Shown: one piece after another, positions 41,302 through 51,362 of the stretch | How positions within the stretch are numbered: position 1 is the first letter of the stretch | Layout: each line of letters opens with the position of its first letter | Assembly (NCBI GenBank): GCA_963707915.1 | Contig: OY970178.1 | Coordinates: 2,880,001 to 2,944,000 of the forward strand | From: Candidatus Eiseniibacteriota bacterium | Lineage (GTDB): Bacteria; Eisenbacteria; RBG-16-71-46 | Length of the DNA stretch: 64,000 nucleotides | Direction of reading: 5' to 3' | The notes under the pieces: model-generated | The model's input: only the letters and a program-made list of their open reading frames with translations | The model's database searches: none | What the model was told of the DNA's origin: nothing | Program-made: the position numbers and the translations under genes

Positions 41302-41371
41302 GAACGCGCCGGGGATCCGGCCCGTCGGGAGCCGCGTCCGCGGTCCCCGGTGGCGAATGGAGGAGGGACCA

Positions 41372-42865
41372 GTGAGGCATCGTGCGATCACTCTCGGCGC
41401 CGGCCTGGCAACGCTGGCATTGGCGCTGGCGCTCGCCGGGACGGCCGAGGCGCGCAACCCCAACTGCGCGGGCGGGATCCAGTACGTCGTGCAGGCCATG
41501 CGTGACAAGGAGAAGGGCAACCTCGAGGACTACCAGCGCGAGATGCTCAAGGCGGTCGACCGGCTCACCATGTGCTCGAACGAGGACCCCGAGGACTTCG
41601 AGGCCCTGGCCTACCTGGGTTGGGCCTGCGCCGAGATCGACAGCGCCTGCCCGGCCGGACAGGCCTTCCAGAAGGCCATCGCGGGCCTGAAGGCCAGGAA
41701 CGACAAGAAGGTCGACTGGGCGATCAGCAACCGCGAGTCCTACTGGGCCAAGAACTTCAACCAGGGCGTGGCCGACATCCAGGCCGGCCAGGCCGCATAC
41801 GCCGAGTTCACCAAGGAGCCCGCGGACGACGGGGAGCGGGCGCTCAAGGCGGAGGCCGCCAACAAGTACGCCTCGGCCATCGCCGCCCTCGACCGCGCCG
41901 CCTGCCTGCGACCCGGCGATGGGCGCACCGCGCGCAACCTCGGGACGGTCTACGCGCTGATGGGCGACATGATGAAGGCCGACGCGGTCCTGCGCGAGGG
42001 GCTGGTGGCCGCCCCCGGAGACACCGACCTCGTCAACTCCCTGTCGCTGGTACGCCGCGGCCACGCGGGCAAGTTGCTGGACGAGAAGAAGTACGCCGAG
42101 GCCATCGGCTTCTACGTCGAACTGCTCAAGAGCAGCCCGGACGACGCGGGCCTGCACAGCGGCCTCGCGGACGCCTACTTCAAGCGTGCATTCACGCTCG
42201 ACGGCGACGCCCGAAAGCCGGACTTCAAGAGCGCCGGGGACGAGTATTCGAAGGCCGCCGCGCTCAAGGGTGGCGAGCCCGATCTGCTGTTCAACGCGGC
42301 ACTGGCCTACCAGAACGGCGGGGAATACGTGCTGGCCGAGGGCCAGTGGCGGGAGTTCGTGAAGGTCAAGCCCGACGAGACCGAGGCGCTCTCGGCGTTC
42401 GGCTCGACGCTGGCCGAGTTGAAGAAGTACGACGAGGCCGCCGCCGCGCTGCACCGGGCGGTGAACCTCAAGCCGATGGACAAGAACCTCCACCGCCAGC
42501 TGGGCGGCGTGTACTCGAAGGCCGGCAACAACGACGCGTCCAGCGGCGAGATCATGCTCTACCTGGCGCTCAGCGGCGGTGTCGCGGCGGAGAACCCCGC
42601 CGAGGCGGCGAAGAAGGCGCCGGCCAAGTCGGCGGCGGCCGCCACGCTGGCGTCGATGGGAGCGCCGGAGGAGCTGCGCTACTGGGAGAGCGAGGGCCAG
42701 AAGTTCGAGACCTGGGCCTACTGGCAGAAGAAGATCGCCTACTCCTTCACGGGCGGGGTCGAGGTCGCCAAGGCCAACTGGGGAGTGCCGCCGCCGAAGC
42801 TCGAGAAGCCCGCTCCGGCAACGCCGGCCAAGCCCACGTCCAGGGTCGTCGGGAAGAAGAAGTAG
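41372..42865 (+). CDS. Secreted TPR protein
   Basis: Signal peptide ending AEA, multiple TPR-like helices, C-terminal MGAPEE...ETWAYW (BamE-like) motif. Confidence 0.8.
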   Translation: MRHRAITLGAGLATLALALALAGTAEARNPNCAGGIQYVVQAMRDKEKGNLEDYQREMLKAVDRLTMCSNEDPEDFEALAYLGWACAEIDSACPAGQAFQKAIAGLKARNDKKVDWAISNRESYWAKNFNQGVADIQAGQAAYAEFTKEPADDGERALKAEAANKYASAIAALDRAACLRPGDGRTARNLGTVYALMGDMMKADAVLREGLVAAPGDTDLVNSLSLVRRGHAGKLLDEKKYAEAIGFYVELLKSSPDDAGLHSGLADAYFKRAFTLDGDARKPDFKSAGDEYSKAAALKGGEPDLLFNAALAYQNGGEYVLAEGQWREFVKVKPDETEALSAFGSTLAELKKYDEAAAALHRAVNLKPMDKNLHRQLGGVYSKAGNNDASSGEIMLYLALSGGVAAENPAEAAKKAPAKSAAAATLASMGAPEELRYWESEGQKFETWAYWQKKIAYSFTGGVEVAKANWGVPPPKLEKPAPATPAKPTSRVVGKKK

Positions 42866-42960
42866 GCGGGATCCACCGCGGGAGCGCCCGCGGGACCCGC
42901 ACGTCCATGAGCCGAGGCCACGGCCGGCCCGAGGGAAGCTCCTCCCGGGCCGGCCGTGGT
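42866..42960. terminator. Tandem GC hairpins between the TPR gene and ilvC
   Basis: 14-bp IR CCACGGCCGGCCCG (42918-31) / CGGGCCGGCCGTGG (42946-59) plus a hairpin at 42866-42900; no U-tract. Confidence 0.4.
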
Positions 42961-42982
42961 GGCAGGTGGAGGGCATGAAGCG

Positions 42983-43942
42983 ATGACGACGCGGATGGCC
43001 GAGCGGACGATCGCCGTGCTGGGGTTCGGCAACCAGGGCGAGGCGCACGCGTTGAACCTGCGGGACGCCGGGCTCGAGGTCGTGGTCGGCGCGCGGGCCG
43101 GAGGCGCGGCCGAGGCCCGCTCCCGCCTGCTCGGCTTCCCCACGCTCGACCTGTCCGGAGCGGCCAGCCGCGCGGCCGTCGTCGCGGTGCTCCTGCCCGA
43201 CGAGGCGCTGCCCGGAACCTGGCCCGCGGTGGCGCCCGCGCTCGCGCCGGGCACGGCCCTGGTCTTCGCCCACGGCTACAACCTGGTCTACTCGGCGCTC
43301 GACTTCCCCGAGCGCGGCGACGTGGTGCTGGTGTCGCCGACCGCCCCGGGGCGCGTGCTGCGCGCGATGGCCGAGCGGGGCGAGACCCTGCCGGGCTACC
43401 TGGCGGTCCACCTCGACCGCAGCGGCACGGCCTGGGACCTCGCCGCGGAGTACGCCGAACGGCTGGGCTGCGCCCCGGTCTGGCGCACCACCGTGCGCGA
43501 GGAGACCGAGGTGGACCTCTTCGGCGAGCAGGCGGTGCTGTGCGGCGGCCTCCATTCCCTGCTGACCGCGGCCTTCGAGACCCTGGTCGAGAAGGGCTAC
43601 GCGCCGGAGATGGCCTACCTCGAGTGCATCCACCAGCTCCGCTACCTTGCCGAGTTGCTGCACGAGCGCGGCCTGGCGGGCGCGCGGCGCTCCATCAGCG
43701 CCACGGCGCTCTACGGCGATCTCACCCGCGGCCCCCGGGTGGTGGGCGAAGCCGCGCGCGCCGAGATGCGGGCCATGCTCGAAGAGATCCGCGATGGATC
43801 GTTCGCCCGCGAATGGGCCGCGGAGGTGGCGAAGGGGAAGCCCTGGCTGCGGGATCGGGTCGCGAAGGCGGAGACGCATCCGCTCGAAGAGGCACGACGG
43901 CGGGCGCTCGAGGCGGGAGAGGAGCACCCCGAGGCGGGATGA
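42983..43942 (+). CDS. ilvC: Ketol-acid reductoisomerase-like protein (class I, divergent)
   Basis: GFGNQGEAHALNLRD, LLPDE, FAHG, EETEVDLFGEQAVLCGG, EMAYLEC. Confidence 0.85.
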   Translation: MTTRMAERTIAVLGFGNQGEAHALNLRDAGLEVVVGARAGGAAEARSRLLGFPTLDLSGAASRAAVVAVLLPDEALPGTWPAVAPALAPGTALVFAHGYNLVYSALDFPERGDVVLVSPTAPGRVLRAMAERGETLPGYLAVHLDRSGTAWDLAAEYAERLGCAPVWRTTVREETEVDLFGEQAVLCGGLHSLLTAAFETLVEKGYAPEMAYLECIHQLRYLAELLHERGLAGARRSISATALYGDLTRGPRVVGEAARAEMRAMLEEIRDGSFAREWAAEVAKGKPWLRDRVAKAETHPLEEARRRALEAGEEHPEAG

Positions 43943-43961
43943 ATCGCGCAACGCCTTGCGC

Positions 43962-44000
43962 AAAAACCGATTGACAGGCTTTGCCCCGGGTTGCTAGCCT
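43962..44000 (+). promoter_or_regulatory. Sigma70-type promoter of hup
   Basis: AAAAACCGA-TTGACA-18-TAGCCT. Confidence 0.7.
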
Positions 44001-44063
44001 GCGCATCGGAAGTGGCTGCCGGCCCCGAAGGTGTTGGCCCGGATGGCGTTGAGGAGGATGGAG

Positions 44064-44342
44064 ATGACCAAGGCGGATATCGTCGACCAGATCGCGGAGC
44101 GCACCGGGCTCACCAAGAAGGACGTGGCGGAGACCGTGGATCATTTCCTCAATGCGGTGGCGCGTGCTCTCGCCACCGGCAATCACATCGAGATCCGGGG
44201 CTTCGGCACGTTCCGGGTGAAGGACCGCAAGCAGCGGATCGCCCGGAACCCGCGCACCGGAGAGGCCGTCCCGGTCCCTCCGCGCAAGGTGCCGGTGTTC
44301 AAGGTGTCGAAGGAACTCAAGGACATGGTCGCCCAGAGCTGA
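44064..44342 (+). CDS. hup: HU/IHF family DNA-binding protein
   Basis: MTKADIV, IRGFGTF, ARNPRTGE, PVFK. Confidence 0.93.
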   Translation: MTKADIVDQIAERTGLTKKDVAETVDHFLNAVARALATGNHIEIRGFGTFRVKDRKQRIARNPRTGEAVPVPPRKVPVFKVSKELKDMVAQS

Positions 44343-44399
44343 CGGTCGTCCGACCGGTCCCGCGCCGCGAATGCCGCGGCGAGGGGCGAGCGAGACCGG

Positions 44400-44435
44400 G
44401 ACGGCGGGCAGGAGCCGAGGCTCCCGCCCGCCGTC
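44400..44435. terminator. Hairpin between the convergent hup and peptidase genes
   Basis: GACGGCGGGC-A-GGAGCC-GA-GGCTCC-C-GCCCGCCGTC. Confidence 0.55.
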
Positions 44436-44454
44436 TTCGTGTCCGCTCGGGACG

Positions 44455-45150
44455 CTATCGCCGGCTGTTGCGGAGCAGCACCAGTCGCAGCAGCTGCAGC
44501 GCCGCCATGGCAGCGGCCGCGACGTAGGTGAGCGCGGCGGCGTCCAGCACCTTCTTCGCGCCCGCCACCTCCTGGGGGGCGATCGCCCCGGTCTCGGTCA
44601 GCTGGGCGAGCGCGCGCCGGGAGGCGTTGAACTCCACGGGCAGCGTGACGAACTGGAACAGCACCGCGCCCGAGAAGAAGAGGATGCCCAGGTCCATGAA
44701 GAACAGCGACATCCCCGAGCGGAAGAACATGCCGACCAGGAACAGCGGGAACGCCAGCGTGCTGGCGAAGCCCGCCACCGGCGCGATGGCCGAGCGGATC
44801 GCCAGCGGCGCGTAGCCGTTCGCGTGCTGGAGCGCGTGGCCCACCTCGTGTGCGGCCACCGCGATCGAGGCCAGCGAGTCGCCCTCGTAGTTGTTGACGG
44901 AGAGCCGCACCTTCCGCGCCCGCGGGTCGTAGTGGTCGGTGAGGACCCCGTCCACCTCCTCGATGCCCACGTCGGAGAGGCCGTTGCGGACCATGATCGA
45001 GCGCGCCATGTCCCGGCCGGTCATGCCGTTGGTCGCACGGACCTGGGACATCTTCTTGTAGGTGCTCTGCACCTTCCACTGCGCCCAGAAGGCGAAGATC
45101 ATCGCGGGGATGAGCAGGATGAATGTCGGGTCGAAGCCCATGAAGAACAT
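44455..45150 (-). CDS. YugP-like membrane zinc metallopeptidase
   Basis: LTDHYDP, AAHEVGHALQH, TLPVEFNASRRA, AAALTYVA. Confidence 0.92.
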   Translation of the reverse strand: MFFMGFDPTFILLIPAMIFAFWAQWKVQSTYKKMSQVRATNGMTGRDMARSIMVRNGLSDVGIEEVDGVLTDHYDPRARKVRLSVNNYEGDSLASIAVAAHEVGHALQHANGYAPLAIRSAIAPVAGFASTLAFPLFLVGMFFRSGMSLFFMDLGILFFSGAVLFQFVTLPVEFNASRRALAQLTETGAIAPQEVAGAKKVLDAAALTYVAAAAMAALQLLRLVLLRNSRR

Positions 45151-45453
45151 GACGTGGATGACTCCTCTGCGTGGCCGCGCAGCGACGGCGGGTGCCGGCG
45201 CGCTCGGCCAGTCGATCGTTCGGTCGGATAGGGTCCGCTCCGCCGCGGCGCGCGAATGGTATCGTGCGGGGCGCGGAGCTCTCGCCGCTCTCGAAGGGAA
45301 CGGTAGCAGCCCTGGCGGGTCGAAGCTACCGGGTCTGGTGCTCGTGTCAGGGAACGGTCACGCCCACGCTGCGGGGCGCCATGATCCAGGGGTGGCGGAG
45401 CGGAAACGGCACGGCGACCGCCGCCCCGTGCCCGGTGTCGACCGGAGGGAACC

Positions 45454-47268
45454 ATGAGAACGTCCGTCGTCCTGATCGTCCTGGTCCTGCTGCTGGGCGC
45501 GTCCGCGGCACCGGGCCGGGCGTCGCAATACCTTTCCCTCCGCGGCCTCCACGGTGGCCTGGCCGGGATCGCCGCCGACCGGCCGACGGACGTGAGCCTC
45601 AGGATCTACGACGCCCGCACGGGTGGGCGCCTCCTCGCGGGTCCGTTCCAGCCGCTCGAGCTCACCTCGTCGGGCGGCGAGATCTCCGCGGTCTTCGGTC
45701 CCGTTCCGGACGAGGTCCTCGCCGCCGCCACCCAGTGGCTGGAGGTGAGCCTGGGCGGGGCCCCGCAGCCGCGCGAAGAGTTGGAGACGGTCTACTACGA
45801 CGAGGCGGACGAGCAGGGTCGACTGACCGGCGGCCGGACCCTGGAACTGCGCCCGTCGGCGGGTCGCGCGCTCGCCCCGGCGGCATCCTCCGTCACCACG
45901 ATCCTCGAGAACGGCCCGGTGTCCCGCCGGATCGACCTGGTCTTCGTGGGGGACGGCTACCGGTCGACGGATCTCCCGGCCTACGCGGTGCACGTCCAGA
46001 ACGCGCTCGACGCCCTGCTCGCGCAGGAGCCGTACGCGACCTACCGGACGTTCTTCAACGCCCACCGGGTCGACGTGATCTCGACCGATTCGGGGGTGGA
46101 CAACGATCCGACGCAGGGGATTTACCGCAACACCGCGATGGACATGGCCTTCTGGTGCGGGGGCACCGAGCGGCTGCTGTGCGTGAACGTGGGCAAGGCT
46201 CAGGCCTTCGCGGCCGAAGCCCCGCAGGCCGACCACGTGCTGGCGGTGGCGAACTCCACGAAGTACGGCGGAGCGGGGTACACGGCCTCGGACCTGGCGA
46301 CCTTCTCCGGCGGGAACAGCTCCTCGGCGGGAGTGGCCATCCACGAGCTGGGCCACAGCCTGGGCAACCTGGCCGACGAGTACGACTACGGCGGCAGCAC
46401 CTACTACACGGGCGGCGAGCCCGCCGCGCCGAACGTGTCCGTCCTCGACGCGACCGCCATGGCCGCGGCCGGCACGAAGTGGGCGCCCTGGCTCGGCGCC
46501 GCGGGCGTCGGCTTCGACGGGCCGGTGTCCGCGTTCGAAGGCGCGAACTACAGCCTGTATGGCATCTACCGGCCGACCTGGAACTCCGTGATGCGTTCGC
46601 TCTTCCGGCCGTTCAACCCGCCGTCGGTCGAGAACCTGATCCTCGAGTTCTACGCCCTGGTCTGCCCGATCGACACCTCGGGCGTGGTCGGAGGGGGCCC
46701 GGTCGGCCAGTCGTCGGTCGTCTACGTCGATCCCGTGGACCCGATCGGCCACCCGCTGGACATCCAGTGGTCGGTGGACGGGATCCCCGTCCCCGCCGCG
46801 AACCAGGAGAGCCTTCGCATCGCGCCGCTGCTCGGGTCGCTGGGTCTGTCCCCCGGGGAGCACTCGTTGTCGGTGCGCGTGACGGACAACACCGCCCTGG
46901 TCCGGAGCGAGACCGCGCGCGCGGCCCGGATGACGGCGACCCGCTCCTGGGCCTGGTCCGTCGCGCCCTGGGCGGCGGTGGAGGATCCCGGCGGCCGCGG
47001 AGGCTCGAACTCCCTGCGACTCTCGATCGCGCCCTCCCCGTTCACGCACGCGACCGTGCTCCACTACCGGATCCCCGCGGCGTCACGGGTGAGGGTCGCG
47101 GTGTACGATCCCTTCGGACGCGAGGTCGAGACGCTCTGCGACCGCGTGCAGGCGGCCGGCCCGCACCAGGTCACGTTCGACGGACGCGGCCGGCCAGCCG
47201 GCATCTACGTCGTCCGCCTGGCCACGGAGCATGGCAGCGTCACCCGCAAGGCGCTGCTGCTGCGCTAG
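45454..47268 (+). CDS. Secreted M64 metallopeptidase with a C-terminal FlgD/T9SS-like domain
   Basis: IDLVFVGDGY, YGGAG, HELGHSLGNLADEY, FEGA, YRPT..SVM; C-terminus PSPF...VYD..GREV...GIYVVRL...RKALLLR. Confidence 0.88.
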   Translation: MRTSVVLIVLVLLLGASAAPGRASQYLSLRGLHGGLAGIAADRPTDVSLRIYDARTGGRLLAGPFQPLELTSSGGEISAVFGPVPDEVLAAATQWLEVSLGGAPQPREELETVYYDEADEQGRLTGGRTLELRPSAGRALAPAASSVTTILENGPVSRRIDLVFVGDGYRSTDLPAYAVHVQNALDALLAQEPYATYRTFFNAHRVDVISTDSGVDNDPTQGIYRNTAMDMAFWCGGTERLLCVNVGKAQAFAAEAPQADHVLAVANSTKYGGAGYTASDLATFSGGNSSSAGVAIHELGHSLGNLADEYDYGGSTYYTGGEPAAPNVSVLDATAMAAAGTKWAPWLGAAGVGFDGPVSAFEGANYSLYGIYRPTWNSVMRSLFRPFNPPSVENLILEFYALVCPIDTSGVVGGGPVGQSSVVYVDPVDPIGHPLDIQWSVDGIPVPAANQESLRIAPLLGSLGLSPGEHSLSVRVTDNTALVRSETARAARMTATRSWAWSVAPWAAVEDPGGRGGSNSLRLSIAPSPFTHATVLHYRIPAASRVRVAVYDPFGREVETLCDRVQAAGPHQVTFDGRGRPAGIYVVRLATEHGSVTRKALLLR

Positions 47269-47289
47269 TACCGCCAGCTCCCGGCCGGA

Positions 47290-47323
47290 TCCCGTTCCCC
47301 GATCGCCCGACCGGGGAACGGGA
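47290..47323 (+). terminator. Hairpin downstream of the M64 gene
   Basis: 12-bp IR TCCCGTTCCCCG / CGGGGAACGGGA. Confidence 0.45.
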
Positions 47324-47463
47324 CCGGGCCGGACGCCCGGTGGCGCCCGCACGGCTTCGCGCCCGGGCCCCCGGGTCCCTTCCCGCGCCGCGGGGGTTCC
47401 CCTACACTGCCGCGAGCGGCACCCGTCTACGTTGTCTTCCACCCACCCGAGCGAAAGCCCGCC

Positions 47464-48525
47464 ATGAGTCCCGCCGACCCCGCCGTCGACCTGCGCAGCG
47501 ACACCGTCACCCGTCCGACCCCGGCCATGCGGCGGGCCATCATGGACGCCGAGGTCGGCGACGACGTCTTCGGCGATGACCCCACCGTGCAGGCACTCGA
47601 GCGCCGGGTCGCGGAGCTGGCGGGCAAGGAGGCGGCGCTCTTCGTGACCAGCGGCACGATGGGCAACCAGCTGGCCATCAAGTGCCACACCGAGCCCGGG
47701 GACGAGGTGTTGCTCGAGCCGGAGTCGCACATCTTCCTCTACGAGCAGGGCGGGCTGGGGGCGAACTCCGGCTGCCTCGCGCACCTGGTCCCCGCGGAAC
47801 GCGGGCTGATCGCGCCCGGGCAGGTCGCTGCCGCGGTGCGCGACCCGGCGGACGACCACGCGGCGCGGGTGCGCCTGCTGTGCCTGGAGAACACGCACAA
47901 CCGCCAGGGCGGCGTGGTCGTGCCGCTCGCGGGCCTGCAGGCCGTGGCCGTGACGGCCCGCGCACACGGCGTCGCGGTGCACCTCGACGGCGCGCGGCTG
48001 TGGAACGCCAGCGTGGCCAGCGGTGTGCCGGTGCGCGACTGGGCGGCCGCGGCCGACAGCGTGATGATGTGCTTCTCGAAGGGCCTCGGCGCGCCGGTGG
48101 GCTCCATCCTCACCGGGCCCGGCGACTTCATCCGCCGGGCCCGGCGCGTGCGCAAGCGCTGGGGCGGCGGCATGCGCCAGGTCGGCATCCTCGCGGCGGC
48201 CTGCCTGCACGCGCTCGACCACCACGTCGAACGGCTGGCGGAGGACCACCGCCGCGCCCGGACGCTCGCGGCCGGCTTCGCCGCGGCACCGGGGGTGCGG
48301 GTCCCCGAGCCGGAGACCAACATCGTCATCGTCACGCTGGAGCACCCGGCGCTCGACCCGGCCGCGGTGCTGCGCGCGCTCGAGGCGCGCGGCGTGCGCA
48401 TGGTGTCCTTCGGGGCGCGCCGGCTGCGCGCGATCACGCACCTCGACGTGGACGACGCGGGCGTGGCGCGGGCGGTGGCGGGCTTCGGCGAGGCGGTGCG
48501 GGGTGCGATCGGCAAGGGCGCTTGA
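47464..48525 (+). CDS. ltaE: Low-specificity L-threonine aldolase
   Basis: [51 protein letters not shown]. Confidence 0.95.
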   Translation: MSPADPAVDLRSDTVTRPTPAMRRAIMDAEVGDDVFGDDPTVQALERRVAELAGKEAALFVTSGTMGNQLAIKCHTEPGDEVLLEPESHIFLYEQGGLGANSGCLAHLVPAERGLIAPGQVAAAVRDPADDHAARVRLLCLENTHNRQGGVVVPLAGLQAVAVTARAHGVAVHLDGARLWNASVASGVPVRDWAAAADSVMMCFSKGLGAPVGSILTGPGDFIRRARRVRKRWGGGMRQVGILAAACLHALDHHVERLAEDHRRARTLAAGFAAAPGVRVPEPETNIVIVTLEHPALDPAAVLRALEARGVRMVSFGARRLRAITHLDVDDAGVARAVAGFGEAVRGAIGKGA

Positions 48526-48567
48526 GCGGGGGCGGCCCGGGGCTCGACCGCCGTCCGGCGCGTCCGG

Positions 48568-48597
48568 TGGACGCTCGAATCGGGCGCGTGCTACTTT
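48568..48597 (+). promoter_or_regulatory. Putative promoter of rsmI-PIP synthase-ino1-tmk
   Basis: TGGACG-18-TACTTT with an extended TG. Confidence 0.45.
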
Positions 48598-48660
48598 GCG
48601 ACGGTTTCAGCAGGTGGGCCCGTGCCCGGGAACGAACGATTGACTGAAGCGACCGCCCCG

Positions 48661-49356
48661 ATGGGGACGCTGTACCTCGTGGCCACGCCGATCGGCAACC
48701 TCGAGGACATCACGCACCGCGCCCTGCGCATCCTCTCCGAGGCGGATCTCGTGGCGGCCGAAGACACGCGCCACACGCGGCGGCTGCTCCAGCATTTCGG
48801 CATCTCCGTCCCGGTGACGAGCCTGTTCGAGCACAACGAGCGCACCCGGGTGCCGGGGCTCGTCCGCAAGCTGAAGGAAGGTCTCGCGGTCGCCCTGGTG
48901 ACCGACGCCGGCTCGCCGGGGGTGGCCGATCCGGGCTTCCCGCTGGTGCGCGCGGCGGTGGCGGAGGGGGTGCGGGTGGAGAGCATCCCGGGGCCGAGCG
49001 CGGCGATCGCGGCACTGCAGGTGAGCGGGTTGCCGACCGACGCGTTCACCTTCGTGGGGTTTCTGCCGGTCAAGCCGGGGGCGCGGCGCCGCCGGCTGGA
49101 GGAGTTGCACGAGCGGCGCGAGACGGTGGTGGCGTTCGAGTCGCCCCACCGCATCGATGCCTGCCTCGCGGAGCTCGAGGCGATCTGGGGCGAGCGCCCC
49201 GTCGCGCTGGCCCGCGAGCTGACCAAGGCGTTCGAAGAGGTGCTGCGGGGCACGGCGCGCGAGGTGCGGGCGGCGCTCACGCCGGAGAGGAGACGGGGCG
49301 AGATGGTGCTGGTGCTGGGTGGGCGTCTGCGCGGCGAGGGCGGGGCGCAGCCGTGA
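48661..49356 (+). CDS. rsmI: 16S rRNA C1402 2'-O-methyltransferase RsmI (start could be 48622)
   Basis: LYLVATPIGNLEDIT, AEDTR, DAGSPGVADPG, FESPHR, RELTK. Confidence 0.95.
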   Translation: MGTLYLVATPIGNLEDITHRALRILSEADLVAAEDTRHTRRLLQHFGISVPVTSLFEHNERTRVPGLVRKLKEGLAVALVTDAGSPGVADPGFPLVRAAVAEGVRVESIPGPSAAIAALQVSGLPTDAFTFVGFLPVKPGARRRRLEELHERRETVVAFESPHRIDACLAELEAIWGERPVALARELTKAFEEVLRGTAREVRAALTPERRRGEMVLVLGGRLRGEGGAQP

Positions 49357-50084
49357 GCGCGACGCCGGAGACCGGCGCAGCGGGCGCGGCGTCCGGGCGT
49401 GTCGCCCGGATCAAGCGCCGGGTGCAGGACGGCGCGCACGCGGCGGTGGAGCCGCTCGTGACGCTGCTCGCCAGGCTGGGCGTGCACGCCGACCACCTCA
49501 CGATCGCCGGGCTGGTGCTGAGCGCGCTCTCGGGGCTGGCGCTGTTCGAGGGCCACACGCGCTCCGGGGCGCTCGCACTGCTGCTCGCAGGCCTGTGCGA
49601 CATCCTCGACGGCGAGCTGGCGCGCCGCTCCGGCCAGGAGTCGCGCTTCGGCGCGTTCCTCGACTCGACCCTCGACCGGCTCTCCGAGGCCCTCGTGCTG
49701 CTGGGCATCCTCGGGTTCTACCTGCGCAACCTGTACGCGCTGGTGATGCACCCGGAACGGGCGCTGCAGCAGATCAGCACCGGGCTCGATCCGCTCACCT
49801 GGGCGGTGATGGCCTTCACGGCCGCGCTGGCGATGGTCGGCTCGTTCATGGTCTCGTACACGCGGGCGCGGGCCGAAGGGCTCGGGCTCGACTGCAAGGT
49901 CGGATGGTTCGAACGTCCCGAGCGCCTGCTGTTGCTCGTGGTGGCGGGACTGCTCCGGGTATTCTGGGCGATGTCGGCGGCCCTGTTGCTGCTCGCCATC
50001 CTTTCGTTCGCCACCGCGGCGCAGCGCGTGGCGCATGTGCACAGGAACACCCGCCGCGCGGGCGTGGATCAGCTAGGAGGCTAG
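49353..50084 (+). CDS. CDP-alcohol phosphatidyltransferase, probable phosphatidylinositol-phosphate synthase
   Basis: DILDGELAR...[24 protein letters not shown]; directly upstream of ino1. Confidence 0.85.
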   Translation: MSATPETGAAGAASGRVARIKRRVQDGAHAAVEPLVTLLARLGVHADHLTIAGLVLSALSGLALFEGHTRSGALALLLAGLCDILDGELARRSGQESRFGAFLDSTLDRLSEALVLLGILGFYLRNLYALVMHPERALQQISTGLDPLTWAVMAFTAALAMVGSFMVSYTRARAEGLGLDCKVGWFERPERLLLLVVAGLLRVFWAMSAALLLLAILSFATAAQRVAHVHRNTRRAGVDQLGG

Positions 50085-50088
50085 GCTC

Positions 50089-51342
50089 ATGGGCAAGGTT
50101 CGGGTGGCGATCATCGGCGTGGGGAACTGCGCATCGTCCTTCGTGCAGGGGCTGCACTATTACCGCAACGCGAAGGAGAGCGAGCGGGTCCCGGGGATCA
50201 TGCACGTCAACCTCGGCGGGTACCACATCAAGGACGTGGAGATCGTCGCGGCCATCGACATCGACAAGAACAAGGTGGGCAAGGACCTCTCCGAGGCCAT
50301 CGTCACCTGGCCGAACAACACCTTCGTCTTCGCCAAGGTGCCGAAGACCGGCGTCGTGGTGCAGCGCGGCATGACCCACGACGGGCTCGGCAAGTACCTC
50401 TCGAAGATCATCCAGAAGGCGCCCGGCTCCACGGTGGACATCGTCAAGCTGCTCAGGGACACGAAGACCGACGTGGTGGTGAACTACCTGCCGGTGGGCT
50501 CCGAGGAGGCCACCAAGTGGTACGTCGAGCAGGTCCTCGAGGCCGGTTGCGCGTTCGTCAACTGCATCCCGGTGTTCATCGCGCGCGAGCGCTACTGGCA
50601 GGAGCGCTTCGAGAAGCGCGGGCTGCCGGTGATCGGTGACGACATCAAGTCGCAGGTCGGCGCCACCATCACGCACCGCATCCTGTCGCGGTTGTTCGTC
50701 GAGCGCGGCGTGCGCATCGACCGCACCTACCAGCTCAACTTCGGCGGCAACACCGACTTCCTCAACATGCTCGAGCGCGAGCGGCTGGAGTCCAAGAAGA
50801 TCTCCAAGACCTCGGCGGTGACCAGCATCATCCCGTACCCGATCGCCGAGGAGGACATCCACGTCGGCCCGAGCGACTACATCCCGTGGCTCAAGGACCG
50901 CAAGTGGTGTCACATCCGCATGGAGGGCACGACCTTCGGTGACGTGCCTCTCAACCTGGAGATGAAGCTCGAGGTCTGGGACTCGCCCAACTCCGCCGGC
51001 GTGGTGATCGATTCGGTGCGCTGCGCCAAGCTCGGTCTCGACCACGGCCTCAAGGGCGCCCTGGTGGGCCCGTCGTCCTATTTCAAGAAGTCCCCGCCCT
51101 GGCAGTTCCCCGACGAGCAGGCGCACGCCTACACCGAGGAGTTCATTCGCGACCCGAAGTCGGACGCGCTGCTCAAGGAGCGCCTGCGGAAGGCCGGGGT
51201 CGAGCCCGCGCGGTACGTCGCCGGGGCCGGGGCGAAGGCGGTCCGGGCGTCGAAGATGGTCGAGGCCGCCAAGCCCGCCGCGAAGCGCGCGAAGGCCGCA
51301 CCCGTGGCGAAGCCGAAGGCCCGACGGGCGAAGAAGAAGTAG
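50089..51342 (+). CDS. ino1: myo-inositol-1-phosphate synthase
   Basis: [62 protein letters not shown]. Confidence 0.95.
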   Translation: MGKVRVAIIGVGNCASSFVQGLHYYRNAKESERVPGIMHVNLGGYHIKDVEIVAAIDIDKNKVGKDLSEAIVTWPNNTFVFAKVPKTGVVVQRGMTHDGLGKYLSKIIQKAPGSTVDIVKLLRDTKTDVVVNYLPVGSEEATKWYVEQVLEAGCAFVNCIPVFIARERYWQERFEKRGLPVIGDDIKSQVGATITHRILSRLFVERGVRIDRTYQLNFGGNTDFLNMLERERLESKKISKTSAVTSIIPYPIAEEDIHVGPSDYIPWLKDRKWCHIRMEGTTFGDVPLNLEMKLEVWDSPNSAGVVIDSVRCAKLGLDHGLKGALVGPSSYFKKSPPWQFPDEQAHAYTEEFIRDPKSDALLKERLRKAGVEPARYVAGAGAKAVRASKMVEAAKPAAKRAKAAPVAKPKARRAKKK

Positions 51343-51362
51343 CGCGCGCAGCGAGGGTCCGG

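Noticed and set aside
42907..42978. Possible attenuator leader peptide before ilvC
   Set aside because: The short ORF has no Ile/Leu/Val codons and the hairpin has no U-tract.
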